Assembly (NCBI GenBank): GCA_026388075.1
Contig: JAPLKN010000145.1
Span: forward strand, 1-61,276
DNA from: Elusimicrobiota bacterium
GTDB taxonomy: Bacteria > Elusimicrobiota > Endomicrobiia > Endomicrobiales > JAPLKN01
Length of the DNA stretch: 61,276 nucleotides
Reading direction: 5' to 3'
The notes below the pieces were generated by a model. The model was not told where the DNA came from and searched no databases. It saw only the letters and a list, made by a program, of their open reading frames with translations. The position numbers were made by a program, and so were the translations under genes. How positions within the stretch are numbered: the stretch's first letter is position 1; every line of letters starts with the position of its first letter. This document shows positions 28,601-43,600 of the stretch, piece after piece.

Positions 28601-31600
28601 GACACCGTTGTTGGTAATTACTTTATGGAGAATATTCTTCATGCGATGTATCAAATAATGTCTCCGAAAAGCATTCAGCGGCTTGCGACCGCGTATTTTG
28701 AGCGTAAAAGAAGGGAAAAGGGAATACAAAAAATTGATGCGCTCTATTTTGATTATAATCACCCAAATAAATTCGCACAGCCGGACGCGGTCCTGCCGGA
28801 CGTCTTTTTTGGGGAAGAGATTATGGGCAACATTCAATCAGGTGTTGAATTTCTTAATAAAATTAGCTTTGTATGCTCTAAATTTGTAAATTCCCAGCCC
28901 GCGCGGGATAAATACCTTGAAATTATTTTTGAGCAGGAGTTAGCAAACATCAAAGTGAAAAGCGGCGAGGCCAGAGATAAGGACGGAATTCTTCAAGTTT
29001 GTGGTATGTTGGCGGCGGTGCGAGAGCAGTCTAAAATGTTTTATAATTCCTACTTTTCAGACCGGTATCTTTCCGAAGCGCTTTCAATAGATGTCGGGCT
29101 AAGTGAACTGAGCGCAGCCCTGGAAAATGAACAATTTACCCTGATGAAGGAAATAGGCATCATAGAACAATATTTCCCGGAGAAGAGCTATATTCGCGAT
29201 GATATTTTAAAAAGTCTTTGGGAGAGCGTCCATGATTTTGAAGAAGCAAAAAAACTTCAGGCTATGATGTACGGAGACAGGCGCAACATGCTGGGTGATG
29301 TGAAAACTGAGAGAAAGGTTTTTTATGAAGAAAAATTTAAAATACTTTTTGAGGAACTTCCTCGAATGGATAAAAATGATTTTATGCTTTGGATTATAGG
29401 GATCAAAGAGAAACCCGTATTCATGAGACAATGGGAAGAAATGCTCGGCATTTCGTTTGACCAATTAAAGAATATATATCAGATGCCTCAGGGCTCGGCA
29501 AGATATAAGTTTGTAGGAGAAAGCGCCAGGAACTTGTTCATTGAAGAAATGTTTTTGGGAAGTCAAGGTATTCTAAAGGATAGTAAATTGTTTGAATATT
29601 TCATGAGCCAAATAGTTGAATACATTCTTAATAAGACTGATGTTGGAAAAACAGTTTCAAAGTCAGTTTTGCGCAAGATATCCAAGGCGGTGATAAAGGA
29701 GACCGATAATGATAAGAAGCTAGAGATCGTAAAAGCGCTTTCTCTGAATCTTTCGTCGGTATTCCAGGAAGGGCAGGGAAATGAATTTGATGTTATTGTA
29801 AAACTCATGGAGTCGCTAGGGATAATAGGAATCAAAATTGGCCAGATGATAGGATTTTCTAATGAGATAGATGTCTCGCCAGAGCTAAAGAATAAGTTCA
29901 AAAAATTGGGTTCATCGGCAGTCCCTTTGACCAAGCAGGTGGCATTTGAATCGTTAATAAACCTTGGCATGCAGGACAAAATCAAAAGCATCGATGAATC
30001 CCTAGGTTCGGCTTCAATAAAAATTGTGTTCGGCGCAACGCTTAATGACGGCAGAAAGGTAGCGCTCAAGATACTACGGCCAAAAGTTGCGCACGATCTA
30101 AAAAAAGACCTGAAAATGTTTAAGAAAGTGATTGCCAGGCTTAGGAAACAAGGGGTAAAGATTCCAAATGGTTTTGAAGATAGAGCCTCCTCCAATATAG
30201 AAGAAGACGCGGATTTTGAGAACGAAATCAAAAATTCCGCTCTGCTTGAGAGTCAGCTTAAAGAGATTAGTCAGGAACATACCTTTAAATTATCTTGTTC
30301 CGGGGCTCAGGTGCAATTTGCGCTTCCTGTGCTGTACGAAGGGTCAAATAATAAAATTTTGTTTTGCGAAAAAATATCAGGCCGAGATCTGAAAGACGAA
30401 GACGGGCTGATAAGCGATAAAATTCTTTCTCGGGAAGAGCTAAGCGAGCTTAAGGGCGTTATATTTGATTTTCTTATGATTCAGATGTTTGAAAAAGGGC
30501 TCTATCTGGGAGATCCTCATGGAGGCAATTTCAGAATTGTGAGAGAAGATGGTGTCATCAAGGTCTACCTAACGGATGTCGGGGCAATGGAAAAACTTGA
30601 AAAAGATGCTGAAAAATACAGGCGATTCCTCATCGGACTTGGCTGCATGAAAAGAAACATCAAAACGGCAGGGGAGTTTATTGATGAAGCCCTATTTTTT
30701 ACCAGGGCAGGCCATCTGATTGAAAACAAAGGCGAAAAAGAACTGTTGAAGATAATGTTGCAAAAAATGCCCAAGGACGTTGCACCCTACGATACAACTG
30801 ATATCGATTCGGCTGTAAAAAAGTTTGAAATTGATTTCATAAAAGATGTCATTAGCAAGAAAGTGCACAGGACATCAAAAAAAGAAAATAGTGTTAAACC
30901 CGATGCTAAAGAATTTTTAGCTGAAGACGAAGAAGCCGAAGAGGCCTTGGATGAGCCGGAATTGGCTCAAGGCCTTAAGTCCCTCGGCGAAAAACCGGAA
31001 GTGGTTGTTGCCAAGGCGGCGGCGAATGGGGTAGAGGTTGTTCTCGGCGGGGTCGTGATAAAAGTTGCCCAGTGGATTGCAGACAAGATAGTTGCTCTCG
31101 GCATCAAAAACCTTGAAGTTCCTAAAGATTTTTCAGATTATGATGGCTGGCTAAAACTAATCCAGGATAACGCAGTCACTCTTTCAGGGGTTATACAAGG
31201 CGCACATGAAAACATGTATGAAGACGAAAAGCATCTGGTTACCGGCGAAAAACTTAAACTGTATAAGACGAAAATAGAAAAGATAAAACAACTTCTTGAG
31301 GAAAACGGTTATCCCGGTTTTGATGTATTAGTAAGCGAGAATCCGAATTTAATTCATCCTGAAGGAGATGCCTATTCTTTAGCCACGTTCAATACTGACA
31401 AAAAGAAGATTATGGTTCATACGGCTTTTCTTGATCGTGCCCCGCCAGAAATGATCGAGGAATTAGTGAAACACGAAACAGGTGAAGACAATGCATTAAA
31501 AGGAAACGATCCAGGATTTGAAAAATACATATCGGATTTATCTGTTGAATCCCAGCAACCCATTGAAACCTACCGAAATCAAGGAATTTATCACAAATAC

Positions 31601-34600
31601 CTGAAATCAATTAATGAGCAGGAAACTTTATTAAACTACTCTGAGGAAATTGCAGACGCGGAACGTAAGAAAAGAATTTCTAAAGAGTTAGGAAATTTTA
31701 AATCTTCATTGTCCCGTGTTAAAAATCCGGATGGTTCTTACACTTCTAAACCTTCGGCTGATATCTCACCGTTGGAATTAATAAAAAAGCTAATAATACA
31801 GGCAAGGGAAAACGGGCACGATGCAGTAGAAATATATACGGACGATTATTTTGGCTTTATGAAGTTTGACCAGCCCGCCGCTGAATTTAAGCAGGCCCAT
31901 ATAAAAATGTTTGACGAGATGATAGGCAAGGCTCAAGAAATAAAAAAGTTGGCATCTGAATTGGGGATAGAAATAAATGTTCATGCCCCGGCTTATCATT
32001 TTATCGAAAATGATCTTTCACGATACCTTGAACCTGCAAAAGATTTTGAGATATTTGAAAAAACCATTCAGTTTGCAAAAGCCTTAGAAGCAAAGACAAT
32101 TATCATTCATCTTACAAATACAGATGAGGCAAGCCTTAACGGATTTATTAAGTTTGTAAAAGAAGCGGCAAAATCAGAAATAAAAGTGGGTATAGAAAAT
32201 ACAAACTATAATAAAGATAATGTGAAGGTAAAGGGCGATGCTGAATTTTATCCGAAAACGAAGCCGCATAATTACGAAGAGTTCACAAAAGCATTGCAAT
32301 TTATTAATTCAAAATTACGGATAAGGGAAAGACAATATTTGGGTGTCACATTGGATTTAAATAAAGCATATAATTCGCAGATTGGGGATAAAGCCCAGAC
32401 AGACGTAATAGAATATCTTACTAGGCTTAAAGAAAAGAATATAAACTTATTTAATATTCATTTAACGCAGCTTGACATAAATAATCCTAAAAGAAAGACT
32501 CCAATTTATAAAAATGGCCTTATATTAATGGTCTCATTTTTAAATGAGGTTATGAAATATTACGGAGCGAGTGTTTATATAAATCAGGAAATAAATGAAG
32601 GGATATTATCTCCGTTAAAGGCAGAAAAAAAACTCATATCCCTAGGGAAAAAGCCAAGGGTAGCTGTTGCCCGGGCGGCGGCAAAAAGCAAAGGTATTTC
32701 AGTTATACTTTTTGATATGCACGGCACATTATATGATGCTGAGATATTTAATAAGGCGATTAAAGATTCGCTTATTTTTGCCTATGCAAAAAAATACAAT
32801 GCAACATTTGATGAAGCAGAATTTATTGTTAATAACAAAAGAAAGGAACTGACCCAAGATGGAAAGATCGCTTTAAGCGACAGCGCGTTGGCTCTTGATT
32901 TAAAAGTCAGCTGGGCGGAAAAAGATGCGGCAGAGGATGAGCATTTACCCTACGAGAAAATTAAAGAAAACAGAAAACTTCAAGAAGTTCTGATGAAGCT
33001 AAAAAAACAAGGCTATATCTTAGCTCTTGCGACTAATGCTGGTCCGAGCAGGGTTAATAAAATAATGGACAAGATAGGCATAAGGAAATATTTTGACTTC
33101 ATTTATTCAAGAAATGATTTGAATGCTACAAAGCCGGATCCGAAGTTTTTTGAAAAAGTGTTAAGCCTTCTTGGCGAGAAGCCTCAGCAGATAATATATG
33201 TGGGAGATGAGCCAAAGAAAGACATCGTGCCTTCGGAAAATTTAGGAATATGGACTCTAAAGGCAAATGGACCTGAAGAGATAAATTGTATTTCAAAGAG
33301 GCTAGAGGAGATAAGCAAAGCGAAAAAGAAAGGCAGGCAGCAGCCATTGCCTATAAGCATTTTTGATTATTCGGGAGATATTGAAGATGTCGGGCCAATA
33401 CTTGAAAAGAAGCAGGAGGGCGTAAAATACGAAGAATTTAAAATACGTATAAAAGCTTACAAAGCTACGCTTGAGATCTCGTATTCAGTGCCGTGTGTTC
33501 TTTTAACCTCGGAAACAAATATCTTAGCGCGTTTCTTTGCGAATGTTATTAAGAAGTACACTGAAGGACAGAATATAGATTCAGTAGAAATAATTACTAA
33601 AAATAAAAGTCTTTCTCGCATGACAAAAAGAGAAATTAAAAATATTAATGGAAAAGGGCAAAAAGTAAATGGCAAAGGCGTTTCTATTGTGCTTTTTGAT
33701 GTTGACGGGACATTGTATAAATCTGAAAAATTTGCAAAGGCCATCAAAGATTCGTTGGTTTTAACTTATATGAATAAACAAAATGAATTAAGGAAAGATC
33801 ATCCTGAATTAGGTAAAACTTTAACTTTTGAAGATGCAAAGGCTATTGTAGACAACAAGAGAAAGGAATTATCTCAAGACGGGAAAGTTACTGTAAGTGA
33901 TAATAAGGTGTCTTTAGAGCTTGGTATAAGCTGGGCCGAAAAGGAAGCAGCAGAGCTTGAAAATTTGCCCTTTAATGCAATAGAACAAAACAAAAAATTG
34001 CAGAAAATCCTGAAAAAACTAAAAAAACAAGGCTATATCTTGGCTATTGCAACAAATTCCAGCACAAACAGGGCAAGAGAGGTATTAAAAAGGATAGGAA
34101 TAGACAAAGATTATTTTGATTTTATTTTCACAAAAGAAAATTTGGAAGCGTTAAAGCCCGATAAGAAATTTTTTAAGAAGGCTATAGACCTTTTGATTGA
34201 AGAGCCCGATGAAATAATATATGTGGGAGATGAACCTAAAAAAGACATAGAGCCTTCCGAAAATTTAGGAATGTGGACTTTAAGGGCAGATGGCCCTGAA
34301 GGGATATACGGCATTTCAGAAAAACTTAAGGAAATAAAAAAAGCTAAAAAACACGGACGCCAGAAACCGTTGCCAATAAGCATTTTTGAGTATTCGGGAA
34401 ATATTGAAAATGTTAGCCAATTGATAAGACATGAACAGGGGATTCTGCGGTATGAAGATGTTAATGTTATTATTGACACAGATAAGGGATTAATTCAATT
34501 TTCATTCTCGGTTCCAATTTATCTTTTATCTTGGGAAATAAATATTATAGCGCGATTTATTGCGGCTCATATAATGGAAAAGGCAGAAGGAGTAAATATT

Positions 34601-37600
34601 AATTTGGTGAAATTAGTGAGCGGACAAAAAAAGCTTAACAAAACAGTTGAAAACTTTATCAGAACTCATGCTTCAATTGATGACAATATTAAACGCTCTT
34701 CATTTGATATTAATAAGATTCTCGGCCTCGGGGATCGATTAGAGCCGGTTACTTTGGGAGAAGATATTGTAAGGATTGTTGCAAGGGCGGCGGCATTTGA
34801 CGGCGGATTCGCGAAATGGCTTCAGGATAAATTCAGATTAACTGCTCAATTTTCCACAGAAGAAAGCTGGCTTGAAACTTTAAGCGGAAAATCAATTGAA
34901 GTTTATTTGGCTTTATTGGAATTATTTAAAAAAGGAGCAGTAACAGAAATACCTGAAAAAATAAAAATCATAATAAAAGAATTTATTGATGAAGCGGCGA
35001 AATGGTTAAATGTTGATCCTTCAATGATAGATATAGTGACTACAACAAATCCCGATTTAATAAGTAGAGATGCCTGGGGGCTTTCGGCTTTGCAAAAGAA
35101 TGCTAACGGCAGGATTACCATTTATGTGCATCAGCTATTCTGGGAAGAACTAATAAATAAGTCCCAAAAGGTAAAAAAGAGATTAGTAGAAAAGCTTCTG
35201 AAACACGAACCCGGCGAATATCTAGCACTTATCGAGCCTGAAAAAGGGAATAAAATACATCAGCTTATTTATGACGGTTTTACGAATTATTTAATAGAAA
35301 AACTTAACACTCAAAAAACTCTAGTTAAAGACAATCGGTATAGAAACAGCAAAAATTTCCATGAATATCTCAAATATATTGAAGAAAAAAGCAAAAAAAA
35401 GAAGCCATTAACTGAGGCGGAAGAATTGTTAAACGGGCAAGGAGAACTCTTTTCTTTTGCTGAGGAAATTAAGGAGAAATATTCAAGTATTTTGGCAGAA
35501 AAAGAATATAACGATTTATGTTCAAAGGGGATGGTAGACAAAAAGTTTGTTTATAAGCATAAATTAAATACAGAACTTCTTGAAAAAATAGTTAGGAACG
35601 AAAAAGTTGATGATTTTGTAAGAATCTACGCTTTTGTTATTTTATCTTGTCCCAGATACTTCGTTGGCAGTAACGGCAAAACGTTTATTAATCAGAATTT
35701 TAGTTATTTCGGGCCCCGTCCGGTTCCACAGGAAAAACTTGTTGAACTTGCAAAATTACTAAAACCCGCAGCAATCAGTTTCATAAGTAAAGCTAATGAT
35801 AGTAATGAAAATTGGCGGGACAGATTTGAAGAAATTATGTTTAGAAACGACCCCAGAATTTTAGAGCTTTCCGCTTACTCTACTGCTGTATTTCTCTCTT
35901 ACATTTCTGATATGTTTTCTTTTGATAAACGTTTTGAGGATAATTTTCATTCCTTGCTAAGAGCTGTTACAGATACCAAGAAAGAAGCAATTAGAGGTGA
36001 TTCTTGTGCGTGTTTTGAAGACGGCATTATAAAGTTAGATCTTTATAAAATGAAACAAAAAAATAAAGAGCCGGTTCTAATATTTCAAAGCATTGCCCAT
36101 GAGATCGGGGAAGCCATATGGGATGTAGTTTATAATTATCCGGATAACGATACGAATCAAAGAATTGCCGAATATTTTGCAGATTTGAATATATTTATTT
36201 TTTCACATAACTGCGGTTTAGATAAAAAAGAAGATTTTATTGATAAACTTTTTAAAGGTATTAAATATTTCATGGATTACGATACTTTTCTAAAAGATAA
36301 AAATATTGCAAAAAACGTTCACCCTCAAAGCAGGGTATTCATAAGAATGCATTTAGATAAAGCAGGAGGAGCCGGAAAAATAGAATGGTTAAAACTCGCC
36401 AAAGCTGTATTAAAAACGGCTACGGATGAGGCAAATAAGTCTAAAGAGTTTTATAAAATTGCTATTTTATCGCTTGCAGATTACTTGGGTGTAAACAAAA
36501 GGACTGCAGAAGAATATATTTCGGGTATTTCAAAAATTATTTATTTGAAAGATGCCGAATTAAAAGCTAGCGAAATAATACCGTCTCCTGATATTGTAGA
36601 GAAGCTGATTTATGAGTCTCCTGATAGGCCGAAAGACACGTCTTTAAAAACAGCTTTTCTGGGTGAAAATATATTCTGGGTTTTTGCTCAAGCGGCAAGG
36701 CTGGGCAACCGATTTGTTTCAGAAACCATAAATAATTACTTGCTGTGTTTAATGGATATTCCGGAAAGCATCAATGAATGGTTTGAAGCACTTGAAAACA
36801 AATCAGTAAAAGATACCCCATTAATGCGCAGCTTGTTCAAATCTATTTTTAGCGCAGGCGCGGTTGAGAAAGTGGGCGAGGGACTGGAAGCATATACCGA
36901 GAGTTTGAAAAATGAATATTCATTACGCCTGAAAACATCAAAGCTAACAGTAAAAACAAGTAATAATCCTGCATTGATTGGCATAAAAGGCTGGGCGTTG
37001 GCCACATTAGGCAAACATACGGATGGAACATTTACCCCGTTAGAGAATACCGCTGACTCTCCTCAGCAGCTTGTAACTCAATCACAAGACGGCAATACAA
37101 ATCTCTCATCCTCATTTGTTAGAAAACAGGGTTCTCTAACGGGGTTTACGTTGTATATCCATCAGGCGTTTTGGGATGCGCTTAAAGGTAAAACGCTTGC
37201 AGAGCAGGAAGAATTATTGAGAATTCTTTTTGACCAGGAAATTATTAAGCATCTCGCTTTAGAAGGGGAAGATCCGGAATTTGATATTTTTATCAAAGAT
37301 AATATTTTGTCTAAATTAAATCTTCTGGAAATTCCGCAAGATATATCGCGCTATCGCACGGACGAAAACTTCGGTGAATATTCAAGAATAAAATATCCGA
37401 AGCACGAAAAGCTCCAAATATTTGGAAAAAAAATATCCCAAACATACTTTCAGGGACTGTATTTAAAAATGGCGCATATCTTATATAAATTATATTCAAA
37501 GAATGAAATATTTCCCCAAGATATTAAGGAGATATTTAAAGAAATTAAAGAAGAGTTAAATAGTTATGGTTTTAAAAATATAAATCAGCTAAATTTGTTA

Positions 37601-40600
37601 AAAGAAACTATCAACTGGGCAGGTTTTATTACAAAAGGCCTATATGGATTAGATAAATTGCTGAGAGAGAAGAAATATTCGCAGAAAAAAGTAGAAAAGA
37701 TCGCCAAGAGATTATTTGCTGGCTTTTTAGGATACTATAAAAATGAATCATCCGAGCCGTCAGAGATAAAAGGAAGGCAAATAAAAAATATCAGAAAATA
37801 CAATATTCCGCTGAATGAAATATTTAAGTTAATGGACAGCGGCAAGGATCTTTCCGGTTTAAAAACGCTGAAACAAAACCTAACAGCATCCAATAAGAAC
37901 AAACCGCAAGCAAAAGCTCTGAGCGAAGAGCTTCCCTTATTGATTGCGAATGCGGTTTTAGGGTGCTTTTTGCCGGATTTTGTACCGCGGATTTGTGAAG
38001 CGATTGGGATTGAAGCTGATTCCCTTTACGCAAGTAAACCGATGGATTTGGCAAGTAAAATAGCAGATAATTCAGCATTGCTTGCTGATGCGCTTTTAGC
38101 TCTTTTCAAACGAGGTGCTATAAATAAAACGTTCACCAAAGAGGAAGAGCAATATATTAATGAGTATAAAACTGAAGCGGCTTTCAAGCTCTTTGGCATA
38201 AGGGACGGATCAAAAATAAAACTTGTTACAAGCAATAATCCTGCTCTTATTCAAGGAAAAGCTTGGGCTCATTCTACTATAGAGGTAGATGAAGTAAACG
38301 GCAACGCAACTATATATGTTCATCAGGCATTTTGGGAAGCATTAAAAAATAAAGCGCCGCCCGCGCAGCTTAATCAGCTTGTTCAAAAAGTATTATTGAA
38401 AATGCTTTTTGGTCACGAGCTGGACGAGGATTCAGCATTAAAAGGTGAAGACCCCGATTTTGAACAATTTATTGAACCGATTCTTAAAGAAAAAAACCTG
38501 CCGATAACGGAAGAAAACAAATCAAAATACCGCACTATTAAAAACTATCATGAATTTCTTAGATCAAAAAAGCCTGAAAAAGCAGTAATTTTAGATTTTG
38601 GGAAAAAAGCCGCCAAGGAGTATTACGACGGATTATATTTGAAAATGTTAAACATAGTCTGTCGGCTATTTATCAAAGATAAAGAATTGTCATCTGTAGA
38701 TATTATGAGCGCGGTCAAAGAAATTGAAAATACAGTGCTTCAATATGGTTTTTATAACGTAGGAATGCTAGAACACTTTGGAGAAAGAATCGGTTGGTCA
38801 GAAGCCTTGTTAAAAACATTTTTGGACGGATATGTTGAATTGGCAATGCATTCTAAAGCGGATACTTATTTTCAGAAAAGTGCACAAGAATCAGTTCAAA
38901 AATTTTTCACACAACTCTTGAAATATTGTGCTATTAAATCGGCTGAGATGTTTGAAGTAAGAAAAGGGGAAATGTGGAATGTATATAGAAATCGGTTCGC
39001 TTTAAATAAAATTACGAAAATAACAGAAAAAGGAGATGAATTACTAATATTATTTAAGCGGATAGAAAGATTCCTAAAAAATGATGAAAGACAAAATCGG
39101 TGTGAAACTCTTCAAATAAATAAGGATTTTGTTTTTGAATTAGCGCGTGTTCTTATGCCAGATTCTTTAAGAGAACTTAGCGATGTAAAAGATAGCGATC
39201 ACTGCGATTTGATATCGTATTTATTATCGGGATTATTAACCGAATTGCCTCTTAGTGAAGAAAAATATGAATTAGTCTGCTTGGATTTAAAAAATCGTAC
39301 GGCAACAGGGGTTTTGCATAACAATAGGCTACTAGTTTTAGATTACGCGGCAGAACGTGTTTTTGAATTAAGCCTTAATGACTATACGGAAGAAAAAGAG
39401 CCTGAAGGAAAAAAATCGGTAATAAAACGCTATATGATCAGCAAAGTCCCGATCGAAGACAATTTTGTACAAATGAATTATAAAGAGATAAAAATTTATC
39501 CTTTTAGTACGGCAAAAAGTATTTATTTAGTTGAGCTTGGTGCTTTGTGCTTGAAGAAGGCAGAAATAACACATGAAAAAGTGTATTACGATCAGGCAGG
39601 CAAATATTTTGATGAGGCGATAGAAACAGATCCGAATTATCCTAACGCCTGGGAAAATAAGGGGCTTCTATTTGAGAAACTGGATAAATTGGATGAAGCG
39701 GCTGGCTGCTATAAGAAAGTGATAGAACTAGATCCTCCTAATAATAGGACGACAAGGGATAGGCTGACTAATGAAATAAAGAAAGCAGAAGAAAAGCAGG
39801 AAATTGAGCTTGAAGTGTTTGAAGGAATAATGAAACTGCAGGGATATGACAAAGAAGTATCGGATTTAAAACTCAGGGCGCAAAAACTGAAAATCAGGGT
39901 TTCCGATGATATATACATTGCAACTGCAATAGGAAATCGCGAGCTGATTGATGATTTATTAAAGAGAGAAAAGGATTTTGAGGCGGATAAGCAAGCATAT
40001 AAATCAAAAAAAGGGCAAGAATTGGCAGTTGCTTATCTAAAGAGTTCGGGAGAAATACTTTCAGTAAGAAGGTTTAAACCAGAAAATGAGGAAGGTATTT
40101 TAAACCTTATTCATACGGAAACAAAGGAAGATTGGTCAGGCTTAGGGCTAAATTCTAGTTTATTGTATATCTTGTTTTTAATGTTTTGCAGGGATGATAA
40201 CTTTAAAAAAGCTGTAACAACCTTTCTTACAGACAGTGATTCTTATAAAAGCGAGAAAGAACAACCAATTCCTGGAACGGGGTATGACTTCTATTACAGG
40301 CTAAAGAAATATGCGGGAAAAGAGGCCGTTAATTTAAGGGATCTCTATAAAGAGGGCAGATTTTCTGGCCGTTATGCTGAAATTTATTTTGACAAACTGA
40401 ATTTAGATAGCATTAAAGAGCATTTGGCAAAGCACTTGAAAGAGTTAACTCATGAAAAAACAAGGCAGATTCAGTTTCAAATACTTGAAAAAAGATTACG
40501 AGCTGATATGTGGGTAGGCAATGTTGCAAGTGATTTCGGCAAACGCATTACAGAATTTATTGAAAAACTCAATCAAGATTTAAATATCTTAAATAAATCC

Positions 40601-43600
40601 AGCGATAAGGAATCTTTAAATAAGGCAAAAGAGATTGAGGAAATTAAAGAAAAATCAGAAAGTTTAAATAAAAAAGCAGAGCATTACTCTGAGCCTGAAG
40701 AATTTATTCTTTTCAGTAATGATGAAAGAATTCAAGAAGCTATGCGCAATGCTGCAGCAATATATATGCCCAAAGATGCAAGCTCCTATACAGAGAAATA
40801 TTTGATTAATATAAGAAATGATAAAGGAAAAATAGTCTCAGCTATTTTATACAGACTTGATGAAGAAACCGATAAGAAAGCAAAGCAGACTCATTTATGC
40901 AGAATTTCAGTATCGTATGACTGGGATAATTTAGGGAACAATAAATTAAACAAATCAACAATAAGCGATGCCTTTATTAAAGTTCCGACAATTGAACTGG
41001 GGAAGATTTTCTTTGAAATATTGGAATCTATTGCCGGCGAGGGATCAGCCAAAGTAGTAAAAGAGAATAAATTAGAAAAGAATATAGAAATAAATCTAAA
41101 TAAGCTTAATCTTGTCAATTTAGATGATTTTTCAATCATTGATAAACTGATTGAAATTGTTAATGAACTAGATGCTGATGCAATGTTGATTGATCATATA
41201 GATAAGATAAATAAGATTATTTATTTAGAAGTCAAAACTAATAAAGAATATACGATTCTTAAAATTCCCTATGCCGAATCCGTGGCTAATAAAAAGCTTA
41301 CTGCCAAGGGGACCTATCAGGCCTACGGTGAACTCTACCCAGATAAAATCATTCGGGATCAAAACTTTGAAAATTGGTGGGAAAATCCGGCAAATGCAAA
41401 AGCGAAACGCGACTGCGAAATTAACTTTGCTCCAGTCAAAGAATATAAGGAGTCTACCAAAGATCCGATCGGATTTATTGTATCGCATGTTGACCTATCA
41501 GTAAAGGATAATCTTGGAGAAGATAATCTAAGAATACTTGCACTTCAGGGCCTTACCTTCAAAACCTATAAAAAATTCGCAGCCCGGACACCTGAAAAAA
41601 CGATTGAATTATTGTCTAAAACCTTCAATAACGACAAGAGAGCAATAAATACTTTCCTTAAAACATTTTATCAACGCGCTCGGGTTGTTGACCAAATGAT
41701 GCGGTTTGAAGAAATAGGGGAAAACATTGGGAAACCCGGACAAGTTAGGGAATACGGCCTATTCCGCGCAGCAATTAACGGTGTTATTTCGTTGATTATA
41801 CGCTTAATGACTAGACTAAAAAAGAACGTTGTTTTGGCAGAAGAAGGAATAGAGCAGACAAGGATCAAGGCTGGGAACATTCTTTCCCACTGGTGGAATA
41901 ACTTTATTAATAAAGCTCCGTTGCTTCAAAACGAAATAAAAGCAAAGAGAATCAAAACTATCGTTTTCAATAAAGCAGAGCTAATTAAACTAAACATCAG
42001 GATACCGGAAATTGAAGAATATAAGAAAGACAGAGAAAAAGCATTATGGGACAGATATGAAATTGAAAAAATTAAATGGGAAAAAGGCGAAACTCCGATC
42101 CCGCTTGCGCCAGGAATAGGGAATTTTTTGAAAGTTTTACAAGAAAAAAATAAACCTTGCATAATAACCAGTGGGGAAGAATTGGATAAACTGAAAACAA
42201 AAATCTCGGATATGAAATTGAAAAAATATTTCAAAAATGAAAACATTCATGGCTTCCCTGAAACTAAAGCCGAGGTGTTGAAAAATATAGCTGAACCCGG
42301 GACAAAGTTGATCATGTTTGGCGATGCGCCTTCGAATATGAAAGCGGCAAAGGATGCGGGGGCTGTAGCTGTAGGAATAGCGCATAACGAGAAAGGTGCG
42401 GCAAGGTTAAAAGAAGCCGGTGCTGATATAATTGTTCTAGGCGGCTTTATAGAGTTGACGGAGATTCTGGAAGGAAAAAAGCCATTGGAAAATAACGGGA
42501 ACGTCATAGTCATAAACAAAATATATGATCTTAACGCGGACAAATACGTGTTTGATTGGGATGGGACGATTTCTGATGCATTTTGGTTTTGGCCGGAAGT
42601 AGAAGGGGAACAGATTGCGGGTTATATTTGTTCTAAAGATGAAAATAACAAAGCTATTTGGGAAAAGGCAAAGTTATGGGCAGCTGAGTTTGGGCGAACA
42701 TCCTTTTGGCAAAGTCCAACACCGCTGACTCTGGACAATAAATACGAGATACTAATAACTGGTTTAAAAGAATTGCAGTCAAATGTGTTGAGCCTTAAAA
42801 TAAAAGACTTTTTTAAGAAATATCTTGAAAATTTCAACATTAAAAATATCAAATATTTGTCCTTTTTCTCTCATTTCCAAATTTTTAGGATAGTCTGTTC
42901 TATATCCAGATTATTGAAGTACGGAAAGATTGATGTCGGAGATGCCAGTGATTTCATATTATTACTTCACAATTTAATGATGATTGCTAAGCAGGATATG
43001 GCCAAAATCGTGAATTATATCATAAGAAATTTATCTAGAATAAATGAACAAGTAGGCTTAAAACCATATATGATTTCTCTTCTGGATAATTTCGGCAAGA
43101 GTAAATCCGTTTTATATAAATTAGAAGATCTTCCTTTGAAATTCTTTTTATCGTTAAGGAAACAAAAGATTGTACTTAAAGATATTAAATCAATAAATGT
43201 TATTTTGACTGCTAAATTAGAAGGGCGGGGTGATATTCCCAATGCTTTTGATTTAGCATCAGGTATAACGGAAATGTTCCCTGATAAGGATATCACTCTC
43301 ACTTTCTTTGAAGAAAACACATATAAATTATTTGCAAAAGATTTCCAGATGAAAATTCCAAATCTTAGAATCGCACACGGTCTAGATACGGACAAAGCAA
43401 AGGATTGCGATTTGATTATATTTATTACCATTCCTTGGACTTACATACACGGAATTAATCCCCTTGAAACAAATCTGAAAGGGAGAAAAGCGACTTTTTA
43501 TATTCCATGTTTTGACTGGTGGCACATGAGCAACGGAGCATTTATTGACAAAAGAGATAATCAAATCACTCTGCATATGTTTCTCAAATCAGGATTTTCG

